Shown one piece after another: positions 37,409-47,849 of a stretch of DNA of 64,000 nt. The DNA lies in contig CBDCOX010000002.1 of NCBI GenBank assembly GCA_965219995.1, positions 2,816,001 to 2,880,000 on the forward strand, given 5' to 3'. This DNA is from Candidatus Latescibacterota bacterium (GTDB taxonomy: Bacteria; Latescibacterota; UBA2968; GCA-2709665). Position 1 is the first letter of the stretch, and each line of letters opens with the position of its first letter. A program made the position numbers and the translations under genes. The notes beneath the pieces were generated by a model. The model saw only the letters and a list, made by a program, of their open reading frames with translations. It was not told the origin of the DNA and ran no database searches.

Positions 37409-38797
37409 ATGGTCAAATTGAAGCCGGGTTGCCGGGTTCATTTAGTGGGCATCGGTGGGGTGGGCATGAGCGCGGTCGCGGAACTGCTCGCCGAGCAGGG
37501 ATGCGTTGTGACCGGATCCGACCGCGAGGCCTCCGATCTGACGGATCGGTTGCGGACGCTGGGAATTCCGGTTCGGATCGGACATACGGAGGAGGCAGTA
37601 AGAGATGCAGACCTGGTGGTATACACCTCCGCCGCGGGAACGGACAATTCGGAGTTGAGGGAAGCCCGATCGAAAGGGATTCCAACGGTCAGGCGGGCCG
37701 ACCTCCTTGGTCAATTGACGACAGGGCATCGGGTCGTGGGCGTGACCGGTACCCACGGGAAGACGACGACGACAGCCATGGTGGGCGGGGTTCTCGAGGC
37801 GGCCGATCTGGACCCCACGGTGCTGGTGGGCGGAATTGTTCGCGGTCCTGAAAGAAACCTGCGGCCGGGCTCGCGAACGCTGTGGGCGGTCGAGGCCGAT
37901 GAGTTCGACCGTTCTTTTCTCACTTTGAGACCCGAGGTCGCGGTCGTGACGTCGCTTGAGGCGGACCATCTCGACTGTTACGGAGACATGCCGGCATTGT
38001 CTCGAGCGTTTCAGCAGTTTCTGGATCAGACGAGCCGATGCGCCGTGCTGGCCTACGACGCACCGTTCGTGCGGGAATTGAACGCGACGCATCTTGAGAT
38101 TCTCTCCTATGGGCTGGAAGAGGAAACGAGGATTTCCGCCCAACGATTGCTGCGCGACGGCCGCGAAAGCCGGTTTCGGGTATTCGACCGTGGAAAACCG
38201 CTCGGCGATGTTGTCCTCAGGGTTCCCGGAGGGCACAATGTCAGCAATGCGCTGGCGGCCGTGGGCGTGGGCATGGCGCTGCAGCTGCCCTGGAAGGCCA
38301 TCCGTTCCGGTCTTGAAGAATTCGGGGGCGTGCGACGGCGGCTGGAGGTGCTCGGCGATCCCGGCGGTGTGAGGGTGGTGAACGACTACGCCCATCATCC
38401 CACGGAGGTTCGCGCAGTCCTGGAGGCGATCAGGGAGGGATGGACGGGACGCCTCGTGGCTGTTTTCCAGCCCCATCTGTACTCGAGGACCAGAGATTTC
38501 GCGGTTGAATTCGGACAGGCGCTGAGTGAAGCCGACCAGGTCTGGGTGGCCGACATCTACGCCGCGCGAGAAGAAGCGATTCCCGGTGTGTGCGGTGAGA
38601 CGGTGGCTCGTCAGGTACGGATCGCCGGCTGTTCCGAAGTATTCTATGTCCCGGCCCTGGACGACCTCGAGCGTCGGCTGTCGGAGGCGCTTGCGCCGGA
38701 CGACCTCGTATTGGTGATGGGCGCCGGCGACGTGGAGCAGGTTGCCTACGGGCTTATTGACCGGTTGTCCGAGGGAGCACCGCGGGCCGATGCATGA
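37409..38797 (+). CDS. murC: UDP-MurNAc-L-alanine ligase
   Basis: VGIGGVGMS, GTHGKTTTT, EADEFDRSF, DYAHHPTE and FQPHLYSRT. Confidence 0.96.
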   Translation: MVKLKPGCRVHLVGIGGVGMSAVAELLAEQGCVVTGSDREASDLTDRLRTLGIPVRIGHTEEAVRDADLVVYTSAAGTDNSELREARSKGIPTVRRADLLGQLTTGHRVVGVTGTHGKTTTTAMVGGVLEAADLDPTVLVGGIVRGPERNLRPGSRTLWAVEADEFDRSFLTLRPEVAVVTSLEADHLDCYGDMPALSRAFQQFLDQTSRCAVLAYDAPFVRELNATHLEILSYGLEEETRISAQRLLRDGRESRFRVFDRGKPLGDVVLRVPGGHNVSNALAAVGVGMALQLPWKAIRSGLEEFGGVRRRLEVLGDPGGVRVVNDYAHHPTEVRAVLEAIREGWTGRLVAVFQPHLYSRTRDFAVEFGQALSEADQVWVADIYAAREEAIPGVCGETVARQVRIAGCSEVFYVPALDDLERRLSEALAPDDLVLVMGAGDVEQVAYGLIDRLSEGAPRADA

Positions 38798-39728
38798 CGC
38801 TTCGAAACGGACGTCGCTCGCCCGTGAAATCCGGGCGCGCTGCAGGGGCGAACTTCTGGTTGATGAACCCTTGAAGAAGCACACCCATTTTGGTCTGGGC
38901 GGCGGCGCGGATCTGTTCTTCCGCCCCGCGGATCTGGATGATCTGATTGCCGCGGTGCCACTCGTTCTGGACTCCGAACTGCGGGTGCTGCCCCTCGGCG
39001 GCGGAACCAACATGCTGGTGAACGACGCCGGGTTCAGGGGGCTCGTTATCTGTCTGACCCGCGGACTCGCGGGAATGGCGGTCGAATCGGATCAGGGAGT
39101 TGCACAAGCGGGCGCAAGCCTTCAGGTGTTTTCCAGACGCTGCCAGCGTGCCGGACGAGCCGGGATGGAGTTCGGCTGCGGAATCCCGGGCACCGTGGGG
39201 GGCGCGATACGCGGCAACGCAGGGGCGTGGGGCGGGCAGATCATGGAGCGTGCGGCGTGGGTGAGAGGTCTGGACCTCCGGTCGGGCCGGGCGGTGGAGT
39301 TGCAGAAAGAATCAATATCGTACTCGTACCGCCATACGGCACTTCCACCGGGATTCCTGATCGTGGAAGCAGGATTTCAACTGGAAGAGGACGATCCGGC
39401 TATGGTCCAGACACGCATGGACGAAATGCTTACCCAGCGAAGGGGCTCCCAGCCCCTGTGGGCGCGTAATGCCGGTTGCATTTTCAAGAATCCGCCCGGC
39501 ACGTCGGCGGGGTTGCTCATCGACAGGGCCGGATGCAAGGGGCTGTCCGTAGGCGACGTCGAAGTGTCGGACGTTCATGCGAATTTCATCGTGAACCGGG
39601 GCGGCGGCACCGCTGCGGACGTGATCTCGCTGGTCCGCAGGGTTCAGGAAAGAGTACAGCAGACTTTTGGCATCGAAATGGCTATGGAAGTTCGCATCGT
39701 GGGCCAGCGGGGAATCGAGAACGCCTGA
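38790..39728 (+). CDS. murB: UDP-N-acetylenolpyruvoylglucosamine reductase
   Basis: GGGTN, GIPGTVGGA...NAGA, AGCIFKNP and HANFIVN. Confidence 0.95.
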   Translation: MHDASKRTSLAREIRARCRGELLVDEPLKKHTHFGLGGGADLFFRPADLDDLIAAVPLVLDSELRVLPLGGGTNMLVNDAGFRGLVICLTRGLAGMAVESDQGVAQAGASLQVFSRRCQRAGRAGMEFGCGIPGTVGGAIRGNAGAWGGQIMERAAWVRGLDLRSGRAVELQKESISYSYRHTALPPGFLIVEAGFQLEEDDPAMVQTRMDEMLTQRRGSQPLWARNAGCIFKNPPGTSAGLLIDRAGCKGLSVGDVEVSDVHANFIVNRGGGTAADVISLVRRVQERVQQTFGIEMAMEVRIVGQRGIENA

Positions 39729-39828
39729 AGCCGGGTACCGCAAGCGGTCCGGAATCCCCGGAATAACGTCTGTCTCGGAATCTTCTTGCATGTGCCCCAC
39801 GGCCTGCACTTAAATCGACGGAGGTCAT

Positions 39829-40623
39829 ATGTCCAGCCATCGACCGATCTATTCCCGGACGCAGGAACGTGAGCGGATTCCTGCCGAGGAACCGGAGAGC
39901 CGGCCGCCGGTCCTGGTATTGCGGTGGATTGTCATTCTGGCGCTTGTCGGATTGCTGCTTTTCGGGATTCAGAACGCATACTCCGCCCTCACCGATTCCG
40001 ACCTGTTCCGCCTGGACCACATTTCCGTCGCCGGTAACCGGCTCCTGGAGGAGAACGAAGTCACGGTACGCTCCGGTCTCGAAATCGGCGTCAACCTGTT
40101 TGCGGCCGACCTCAAGTCGGCCACGCAGCGACTGGTGGCCGATCCCGCGGTCAAGGATGCATTGCTGTTGAGGCAACCTCCGGGCGGGCTGCTTATTCAA
40201 CTGCAGGAGCGGCGTCCGCTTGCGCTGGCCGCCATGGCGGACGGATTGTACGGGTTGGACGAGGATGGCGTGCTCTTTCCACTGCCGCAGAAGCCGTTTA
40301 ATCTGCCGATCGTGACAGGTATCGATGCGATCGTGGACACGCCGGGGGTCCACCGGTTTTCCCGCCTTGTCGCGTTTCTGGAGCAGATTCGGTCGAATGC
40401 GCCGGCGTTCCTGGATGAGGTCTCCGAGGTACACCTGGTGTCTGCCACGGAGGTTCGCGTCTATCTGGTGGGAGATGGTCTGACACTTCGGATGCGGCTT
40501 GAAGACGCGGTCGACCAGGTCCGTCGTTTTGACGCGTTCGTAAACGCGGGGGCGCACAGAATCAGGACGCCCGTGTACGTCGATCTCCGGTTTTCAAATC
40601 AGGTCGTTGTGGGTACAGGCTGA
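39829..40623 (+). CDS. ftsQ: Cell division protein FtsQ/DivIB
   Basis: Single TM, POTRA-like V.GN segment, I...ER.P and YVDLRF; precedes ftsA. Confidence 0.88.
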   Translation: MSSHRPIYSRTQERERIPAEEPESRPPVLVLRWIVILALVGLLLFGIQNAYSALTDSDLFRLDHISVAGNRLLEENEVTVRSGLEIGVNLFAADLKSATQRLVADPAVKDALLLRQPPGGLLIQLQERRPLALAAMADGLYGLDEDGVLFPLPQKPFNLPIVTGIDAIVDTPGVHRFSRLVAFLEQIRSNAPAFLDEVSEVHLVSATEVRVYLVGDGLTLRMRLEDAVDQVRRFDAFVNAGAHRIRTPVYVDLRFSNQVVVGTG

Positions 40624-40680
40624 ATTTTTCGCGGACCTGTATACGGCACATGTCCGGCAGAAGCCGGAAAGGAAGCGAGG

Positions 40681-41916
40681 ATGGCCAAAGGGGACCAGAT
40701 CGTTGGAATGGATATCGGTACGACCAAGATCTGCGTGGTCGTGGCCGAGGCAGAGGAAGACGATCAGCTCAGGATTACGGGCATTGGCACCAGCCCGTCC
40801 AACGGACTGAAACGCGGAGTTGTGGTGAACGTTGCACAAACCGTCCAATCCATCCAACGCGCCGTCGAAGAAGCGGAACAGGCTTCCGAAGTACGAATAG
40901 GGGCCGTTTACGCCGGGATCGCGGGGGATCACATTCGCAGCCTCAATTGCCGAGGTGTGATCGCCGTTTCCGGAAACGACAACGAGATTACCGCTCAGGA
41001 CGAAGCGCGTGTGATCGAAACCGCCAAGGCCGTTTCGATTCCCATGGACCGGGAAATCATACACGTGTTGCCTCAATCGTTCGTCGTGGACGACCAGCCC
41101 GGCGTCAAGAATCCCATTGGAATGTCGGGCGTGCGTCTCGAGGCCGACGTACATATGGTAACCGGGGCCGTGACTTCGGCGCAGAACATCTGCAAGAGCA
41201 TCCGACGGGCGGGTGTTGAGGTCGTGGATCTCGTGCTGGAACCGCTGGCATCCAGCTACGCCGTTTTGTCGCCCGAAGAAGAGGAGATGGGCGTAACCGT
41301 GGTCGACATCGGCGGCGGCACCACCGACGTCGCGGTATTTTACGACGGCAGCATTCGACATACGGCGGTCGTGGGGTTGGGCGGCGTGAACGTGACCAAC
41401 GACATTTCGATCGGCCTGAGAACGCCGCTGGTCCAGGCGGAGAGCATCAAACGCTCCCGCGGCTGTTCGTCGAGGTCGAAGGACGATAAGGATGAGACCA
41501 TAAAGGTTCCAGGAATTGGCGGACGGCCCTCCTACGATGTGCCTCGCGTGGAACTGACGGCGATTATCGAGGCGCGCATGGAGGAAATCTTCACCCTGGT
41601 CCATCGGGAAATACGCAGGACCGACTATGCGGATCTGCTGGCGGCAGGCGTCGTCATTACCGGCGGCGGATCGATGCTCGAGGGGACCGCTGAGCTGGCT
41701 GAGGAGGTATTTGGAATGCCCGTCAGCGTGGGCATGCCGAACGGCGTTACCGGCCTTTCGGACGACGCCACCGCCCCCATTTACGCGACTGGCGTCGGCC
41801 TTGTGAAATTCGGTCTGCAGCAGCGGGAATCCGGCGGAACGATGCGTGTTGGGGGAAATGGTTCTATCGGATCCGTACTGGGCAGAATGAAGGCGTGGGT
41901 GAAGGATTTTTTCTAG
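40681..41916 (+). CDS. ftsA: Cell division protein FtsA
   Basis: DIGTTKI, PIGMSG.RLE, VDIGGGTT and VITGGGS. Confidence 0.97.
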   Translation: MAKGDQIVGMDIGTTKICVVVAEAEEDDQLRITGIGTSPSNGLKRGVVVNVAQTVQSIQRAVEEAEQASEVRIGAVYAGIAGDHIRSLNCRGVIAVSGNDNEITAQDEARVIETAKAVSIPMDREIIHVLPQSFVVDDQPGVKNPIGMSGVRLEADVHMVTGAVTSAQNICKSIRRAGVEVVDLVLEPLASSYAVLSPEEEEMGVTVVDIGGGTTDVAVFYDGSIRHTAVVGLGGVNVTNDISIGLRTPLVQAESIKRSRGCSSRSKDDKDETIKVPGIGGRPSYDVPRVELTAIIEARMEEIFTLVHREIRRTDYADLLAAGVVITGGGSMLEGTAELAEEVFGMPVSVGMPNGVTGLSDDATAPIYATGVGLVKFGLQQRESGGTMRVGGNGSIGSVLGRMKAWVKDFF

Positions 41917-41980
41917 GAAACGGATGGGCCGATCGAACGGGTCCGCACCCTCCACAATGCGAATTGAAAGGAGAGACTGA

Positions 41981-43144
41981 ATGGTGACATTTTCGATCGC
42001 TGACAATGACGACCAGGCGAAGATGCGGGTTGTGGGGGTCGGGGGAGCTGGCGGAAACGCGGTAAACCGGATGATTGCGGCGGATCTCAAGGGTGTGGAT
42101 TTTATCGCGGTTAATTCGGATTTGCAGGACCTGGACAAATCCGAGGCAACGAAACGCGTGCAGATCGGCCAGTCGATTACAAGAGGGCTGGGCGCAGGCG
42201 CCAATCCTGAAACCGGACGGCAGGCCATGGAGGAAGACCGGAACCACGTCGCGGAACTTCTCGCCGGTTCGGATATGGTGTTCGTGACCGCCGGTATGGG
42301 GGGTGGAACCGGTACGGGCGCTGCGCCGGTCGTGGCGGAAATCGCAAGAGAGGTCGGTGCGCTGACGGTGGGCATCGTGACCAAACCATTCAATATGGAG
42401 GGAGCGCCCCGCTCGCGCAACGCGGAGACCGGTATTGCTCAGCTGAAGGAATTCGTGGACACGCTCATCGTGATTCCAAACCAGCGTCTCCTGGACATTT
42501 GCTCCGACGACACGACGCTGCGAGAGGCCTTTAGACTCGCCGACGACGTGCTGCTGCAGGCAACACGCGGGATTTCGGATCTGATTGCGATACCCGGCGA
42601 AGTGAATCTGGATTTCAATGACGTACGCACCGTAATGCAGCAGGGCGGAGACGCTTTGATGGGAACCGGCACGGCAGAGGGGGAAGGCCGCGCGATCCAG
42701 GCGGCCGAGGCAGCCATCAAGAGCCCCTTGCTGGAGGATCTGTCCATTGACGGCGCAAGGTGCGTCCTGGTGAATATCGCAGCCGGCAGCGACTTGAAGC
42801 TGTTCGAAGTGGACGAATCGGTATCTACCGTTACCAAGGCGGTTGGACCCGAGGCCAATATTATCTGGGGTACCGTTCTGGATGACGCACTCAGCGATGA
42901 ACTGCGCGTGACGGTGATCGCCACCGGTTTCGCCGTACAAGAGGATCTTGCTGAAACGAAAGCGCGACGAGTGACCTCGGACAACCCGCTCGGCCTGGAT
43001 GTACCGGCATATTTGCGCAAGGCCGACACCTCCGCGGTCACGGAGCCGCAGGTCGCGCCGGAGGAAGACGCGGAAGTGGACATATCTCTGGACGACCTCG
43101 AAATACCGTCGTTTCTGAGGCGGCGCCTGAAAGATACAGCCTGA
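41981..43144 (+). CDS. ftsZ: Cell division protein FtsZ
   Basis: GVGGAGGNAVNRM, GGGTGTG tubulin motif and NLDFND. Confidence 0.98.
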   Translation: MVTFSIADNDDQAKMRVVGVGGAGGNAVNRMIAADLKGVDFIAVNSDLQDLDKSEATKRVQIGQSITRGLGAGANPETGRQAMEEDRNHVAELLAGSDMVFVTAGMGGGTGTGAAPVVAEIAREVGALTVGIVTKPFNMEGAPRSRNAETGIAQLKEFVDTLIVIPNQRLLDICSDDTTLREAFRLADDVLLQATRGISDLIAIPGEVNLDFNDVRTVMQQGGDALMGTGTAEGEGRAIQAAEAAIKSPLLEDLSIDGARCVLVNIAAGSDLKLFEVDESVSTVTKAVGPEANIIWGTVLDDALSDELRVTVIATGFAVQEDLAETKARRVTSDNPLGLDVPAYLRKADTSAVTEPQVAPEEDAEVDISLDDLEIPSFLRRRLKDTA

Positions 43145-43201
43145 CGCACGGCTGCGTTTCGGCCCTGCGTGTGCTTTCGGGGACGATTGAGGATCAAGGA
43201 A

Positions 43202-44182
43202 ATGGACAGCGTGCGGTGGGGCATCGTGGGATGCGGCGATGTCACGGAGGTGAAGAGCGGACCCGGATTTCAGAATGCGAACGGGTCCGGGCTTGTGGCG
43301 GTGATGAGGCGGGACGTGGACAAGGCCGCCGACTACGCGCGCAGACACGGCGTACCGCGGTTTTACGGGCAGGCGGAAGCACTGATTGAGGACTCCGAGG
43401 TCGACGCCGTGTATGTGGCGACCCCGCCATCTTCTCATCTGGACCTGGCCCTGAAAGTGGCGGACGCCGGCAAGCCGTGTCTTGTGGAAAAGCCCATGGC
43501 GATGAATCTCAGCGAGTGCGAGCAGATGGTCGCGGCCTTCCGAAAGACAGGACGGCCGCTCTTTGTGGCCTATTACAGGCGGGCGCTGCCTCGATTCCTG
43601 CGCGTTCGCGAGTTGCTGCGGGATGGGGCGGTCGGCGACCTGAGTTCAGTACATATTACACACTACGATCCGCTCGCGCGGGGCGACGACGCGAATAACT
43701 GGCGATTCAGGCCGGAGATTTCGGGTGGGGGGCTGTTTATGGATTTGGGGTCTCACGGCCTGGATCTGCTGGATTTTCTCGTAAGCCCCGTCAGACGGGA
43801 GTGGGGATGCGCCGCAAACACGGGCGGCACGTACGAGGCCGAGGACGTGGTCGCGGGAGGCTTTGAATTCGAATCCGGAATTGTCGGAACGGGGATCTGG
43901 AATTTCAACGCGGATCATTCGGAAGACCGAATCACGTTCACCGGATCCGACGGGGAGGTGCATTGTCCGGTTTTTTCGGATTCCGACATCCTGGTCAGGA
44001 AAGGCGACGATACGGCGACGCTGGAATACCGGAACCCTCCCCATGTACATCAGCCGCTCATACAGACGGTGGTGGATGATCTCCTGGGCAGGGGAAAATG
44101 TGAGTCAACAGGCGAGAGTGCCGCCAGAACGGCCCGGGTGATGGACCGGTGTTTGAAATCGTACTACGAAGAACGCAATTGA
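43202..44182 (+). CDS. Gfo/Idh/MocA oxidoreductase
   Basis: WGIVGCG, YVATPP, VEKPMA, AYYRR and DLGSH. Confidence 0.92.
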   Translation: MDSVRWGIVGCGDVTEVKSGPGFQNANGSGLVAVMRRDVDKAADYARRHGVPRFYGQAEALIEDSEVDAVYVATPPSSHLDLALKVADAGKPCLVEKPMAMNLSECEQMVAAFRKTGRPLFVAYYRRALPRFLRVRELLRDGAVGDLSSVHITHYDPLARGDDANNWRFRPEISGGGLFMDLGSHGLDLLDFLVSPVRREWGCAANTGGTYEAEDVVAGGFEFESGIVGTGIWNFNADHSEDRITFTGSDGEVHCPVFSDSDILVRKGDDTATLEYRNPPHVHQPLIQTVVDDLLGRGKCESTGESAARTARVMDRCLKSYYEERN

Positions 44183-44257
44183 ACGTCCTGGTGGCACGAG
44201 CGCGTCGAAGGGTCGGCGAAGGCGCGGGTTTCATTTTGTTGTTGAGATACAGAAACG

Positions 44258-44310
44258 CGGGCATTTCGACAAGCCGTTTCGACAGGCTCAACGCAGGCAA
44301 TGACCACGTT
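44258..44310. repeat. REP-like TTCGAC(A/G)(A/G)GCTCA element, nested copy
   Basis: GGGCATTTCGACAAGC[CGTTTCGACAGGCTCAACGCAGGC]AATGACCACGTT; the uninterrupted version is at about 63519-63548. Confidence 0.65.
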
Positions 44311-44412
44311 GCGATAAACCGTGCGACAGGCTGGGCGAACGTAGGCCGGGCATCAAGACTGGATGAATCGGCGGTTGAAGGGCAGCTCATTTCCTTGACG
44401 GGGCAATACAGA

Positions 44413-45510
44413 TCAAGCGGTTTTCCCGGTACGGAGATACGCTTTCAGCACGCTCTCATCCATCCCGGCGATGCCCAGATCATCAACGTCTCTGCCGCTG
44501 GTCCAGCCATCCGTTCCCATTACGATAGATCCGATGTCGACCATCGCGCGAATTGTGGGCGCGGGTACACCGTACTGGGCGCCTACGGAGTGCCAGGCTG
44601 CCAGACCGTAGGGAACGTCTTCTGTTAGCCATCGGCTGTCCAGGGAACCGGGCGCCTTGAGGCGGGTGAGCATGTAGCTGCCATTGATGGTGGCCCAGAG
44701 GTCCCCTGCCGGTCCGAAGCCGGCCCGATGAAAGGCGACATTCACCGGGGCCAGGTCATATCCGAGTCGCCTGGCAATTGCGCGGCGTTCGTCGTCCACC
44801 CGCGTGATCACTCTGGCCACGGCTGGCGTCACCCCCTCTTCGTAAAAGTAGAATTCGCCTCGGGAATATTCCACGCGGCCTGCATTCAGGAGCACACCGG
44901 CGGGATGGACCACGGGGTTCATCGCGGCCAGACCGCACGCCAACACGTCGGGATAACAAGATACCCCCGGAAAAAGCCGGTCCAGGCATGCACGCACGGG
45001 TTCGAATTCACTGGCCGGCAGCACGCCCAGGCCCAGGCCCGTGACGATGCCCCAGATGGTGGCTGTATCGGGTGTCGTCTTCCGGCAGACGAACGGCGCC
45101 GTATCCACTTCGGCGAGCACGACGCCCTCGGCGCCGGCCTCGCGGAGGATGCGCGCCCATTCGAGGGTCCCGAGGGTGCCGGGCATGATGACAACGGTCT
45201 GACCCGGCCGCAGGAACGGGGCACAGACTTCGGCAAACGCCTTGTGAGCGTACGCCGGTACGATGAGCAGCACCAGGTCCGGCGATTCAAGAGCCTCCTC
45301 GATATCGGCGGTGACGCGATGAATTCTGGCCGGACCCTGTTCACCGGCGCCGAGCAGATGGATGATGCCGTCGTCTGCAATCGGATCGAGAGACTCCCTG
45401 AATTCGGGAATCTCGTATAACGTGATCTCAAAGCCCTTCAGGCTGAGATTGGCAGCCACGGCAAACGCCGTGTTTCCGCCGCCGAGAACGGTTACTGTTT
45501 TTACATGCAT
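44413..45510 (-). CDS. NAD/NADP octopine/nopaline (opine) dehydrogenase family
   Basis: VLGGGN, VPAYAH, N..VHP, FYFY.EGVT, VDDER and R.LTEDVPYGL. Confidence 0.9.
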   Translation of the reverse strand: MHVKTVTVLGGGNTAFAVAANLSLKGFEITLYEIPEFRESLDPIADDGIIHLLGAGEQGPARIHRVTADIEEALESPDLVLLIVPAYAHKAFAEVCAPFLRPGQTVVIMPGTLGTLEWARILREAGAEGVVLAEVDTAPFVCRKTTPDTATIWGIVTGLGLGVLPASEFEPVRACLDRLFPGVSCYPDVLACGLAAMNPVVHPAGVLLNAGRVEYSRGEFYFYEEGVTPAVARVITRVDDERRAIARRLGYDLAPVNVAFHRAGFGPAGDLWATINGSYMLTRLKAPGSLDSRWLTEDVPYGLAAWHSVGAQYGVPAPTIRAMVDIGSIVMGTDGWTSGRDVDDLGIAGMDESVLKAYLRTGKTA

Positions 45511-45786
45511 GGAATACGCCTCAGCATGATGTGGAAAATCGCTATGTAGAAAAGGAATCTCGCCGGTTCGCGATTGGACTCGCGAACCGGCTTCAGGTCA
45601 TTGCAGGCACAAATATAAACCCGGCGCATCGGCGGGACAAGAACCGAATCGTTGAGAGCCGCTGTCGTTCCCGCGGCCGAGTCGACCGGTTCATCCGCGC
45701 GCTCCGGCCGGAATTCAGGTCGGAGGTCCACTTGGCCGGCGAGTTGGCCTGTTCGCGTCCGACAATCCAACACGAGGAGGAACCCG

Positions 45787-46296
45787 TTGCCCTACGAGGA
45801 CCACAAGAAACAGGCGCAGGGCGCCGTCAATTGCGCCGTACTCACGATCAGCGACACGAGGACGGAAGCCGACGACAAGAGCGGCAGAATTATCAGAGAT
45901 CTGCTCGAAACCGGTGGTCACACAACAGGATTTTATCAGGTTGTCCCGGACGATCCGGCCCGTATCCGGGAGCTGGTCATCGGAATAACCGGCAGAGGAG
46001 ATTGCCAGGCGATCCTGACCAGCGGCGGCACGGGCATCGCTGCCCGGGACACCACGTACGAAGCCGTGGTCGGTCTGCTCGAGAAACGGCTGGACGGCTT
46101 TGGGGAACTCTTCCGATTCCTGAGCTGGGATGATATCGGCTCCGGCGCCATGCTCTCGCGCGCCGTCGCCGGCGTCTACCGCGACACGATGATTTTCTGC
46201 ATGCCCGGCTCCTCCGGCGCTGTACGCCTCGCCATGGAAAAACTGATCGTTCCCGAACTCTCGCACCTTGTCTGGGAAATCTGGCGGCAGAAGTAA
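45787..46296 (+). CDS. moaB: Molybdenum cofactor biosynthesis protein MoaB/MogA
   Basis: VLTISDTR....D.SG, TSGGTG...RD.T.EA, GFGELFR and PGS..A; TTG start behind GAGGAGG. Confidence 0.92.
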   Translation: MPYEDHKKQAQGAVNCAVLTISDTRTEADDKSGRIIRDLLETGGHTTGFYQVVPDDPARIRELVIGITGRGDCQAILTSGGTGIAARDTTYEAVVGLLEKRLDGFGELFRFLSWDDIGSGAMLSRAVAGVYRDTMIFCMPGSSGAVRLAMEKLIVPELSHLVWEIWRQK

Positions 46297-46487
46297 CCCC
46301 GGGGTGCGGCGGATTCCCGGGCATCCTGACAAAGCCCATGGGTCTTCAGGTTCGCGCTCCGGAACCAAGGGACCGTTACGCCCGGCAGATCCCGCCCGCG
46401 TTCGGGGAGCCGGCGGCAGGCCCTGAATCCAGGGACTCCCTACGGGACTGTTCGACGGATACCCCTTGGACTTTATTGAGGGATACC

Positions 46488-47831
46488 ATGCCTGCCCGTA
46501 CGACTCATATGCTTGTGTTTTCGCTCTTCTTCAGCTGCGCCGGCCTCGACCGCGCACAGGAAGCAAGTCATTCCAGCCGGCACAATGCATCCTACGACTC
46601 GGCCGCCCACGACGCCCGTCCCTCTCCCGTACCCGACCGCATCGTACTCACGTGGGACGGCGATCCGTCGACATCCCAGGCCGTCACCTGGCGGACCGAC
46701 GCATCCGTCGTCGAGGCGGCAGTCGAGATTGCGCCGGCCACGGCATCCCCCAGGTTTATGCTCGGCGTTCGGGAAGTCCCGGCCCGAACGCAGGCCGTCG
46801 TCACTGAAAACGGTGCTTCACACTACCATTCGGCCACCGTTACCGATCTCCAGCCCGGTACCCTTTACGCTTATCGGGTGGGCAGCGACGACACGTGGAG
46901 CGAATGGTTCCACTTCCGGACGGCCCTGGACGAACCCGCACCCTTTTCGTTCATCTATCTTGGCGATGCCCAGAACAACATCCTGTCCCTGTGGTCCCGG
47001 ACCATCCGCGCGTCCTATGCGACCGCGCCGCATGCAAGCTTCATCCTTCACGCGGGGGACCTGGTTAACCGCGCCAATAAGGACGGCGAATGGGGGGAAT
47101 GGTTTCGGGCCGGCGCTTTTATACATGCAACGCTCAATGCCGTCCCAACTCCCGGCAACCACGAATACGCCAAAAACCAGCAGGGGGTACGTCGGCTCTC
47201 CCGCCTCTGGCGCCCCCAATTCACACTGCCGCAAAACGGCCCGGACGGGCTGAATGAGACTGTATATTACATAGACTATCAGGGCGCCCGCATCATCTCT
47301 CTCAATTCCAACGAAGAACGCGGCGACCAGGTCCCCTGGCTTGAAGCCGTCCTTCGGGAGAACCCGAACCGCTGGACGCTCGTCACCTTCCACCATCCAT
47401 TATACGCAACCGGAGAAGGCAGGGACAACAAGGCGTTGCGCAAGCTGTGGAAACCTCTGTTCGACAGGTACCGGGTAGACCTCGTCCTTCAGGGACACGA
47501 CCATTCCTACGGCCGCGGTTCCAATCTGCCCACGGGCGCCATTGCCCGCGACGAAGGAGACGGCACCGTCTACGTCGTCTCCGTGAGCGGACCCAAACAG
47601 TACAAACTCACGTCAAAGCGATGGTGGCGGCGCGCCGCCGAGAATACCCAGCTCTACCAGACCATCGACGTGGATGGGGACACCCTGCGGTACGAAGCCC
47701 GGACAGCCACGTCAGAGCTCTACGACGCATTTGACCTGATCAAACAAAAGGATGCTCCCAACCTGCTCGTGGACCGCGTGCCGGACACGCCTCCGCGCAC
47801 TCACCGCAACACGATCGGGGGCCGGGAATAG
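46488..47831 (+). CDS. Purple acid phosphatase-like metallophosphoesterase with FN3 N-domain
   Basis: GDAQ, AGDLV, GNHE, FHHP and GHDH motifs; N-terminal signal or lipobox-like segment. Confidence 0.9.
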   Translation: MPARTTHMLVFSLFFSCAGLDRAQEASHSSRHNASYDSAAHDARPSPVPDRIVLTWDGDPSTSQAVTWRTDASVVEAAVEIAPATASPRFMLGVREVPARTQAVVTENGASHYHSATVTDLQPGTLYAYRVGSDDTWSEWFHFRTALDEPAPFSFIYLGDAQNNILSLWSRTIRASYATAPHASFILHAGDLVNRANKDGEWGEWFRAGAFIHATLNAVPTPGNHEYAKNQQGVRRLSRLWRPQFTLPQNGPDGLNETVYYIDYQGARIISLNSNEERGDQVPWLEAVLRENPNRWTLVTFHHPLYATGEGRDNKALRKLWKPLFDRYRVDLVLQGHDHSYGRGSNLPTGAIARDEGDGTVYVVSVSGPKQYKLTSKRWWRRAAENTQLYQTIDVDGDTLRYEARTATSELYDAFDLIKQKDAPNLLVDRVPDTPPRTHRNTIGGRE

Positions 47832-47849
47832 CCGGAAACCGGAGGAGTC

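Noticed and set aside
40594-43438. Long minus-strand ORFs (608 and 524 aa) over ftsA/ftsZ
   Set aside because: Antisense shadows of well-supported genes.
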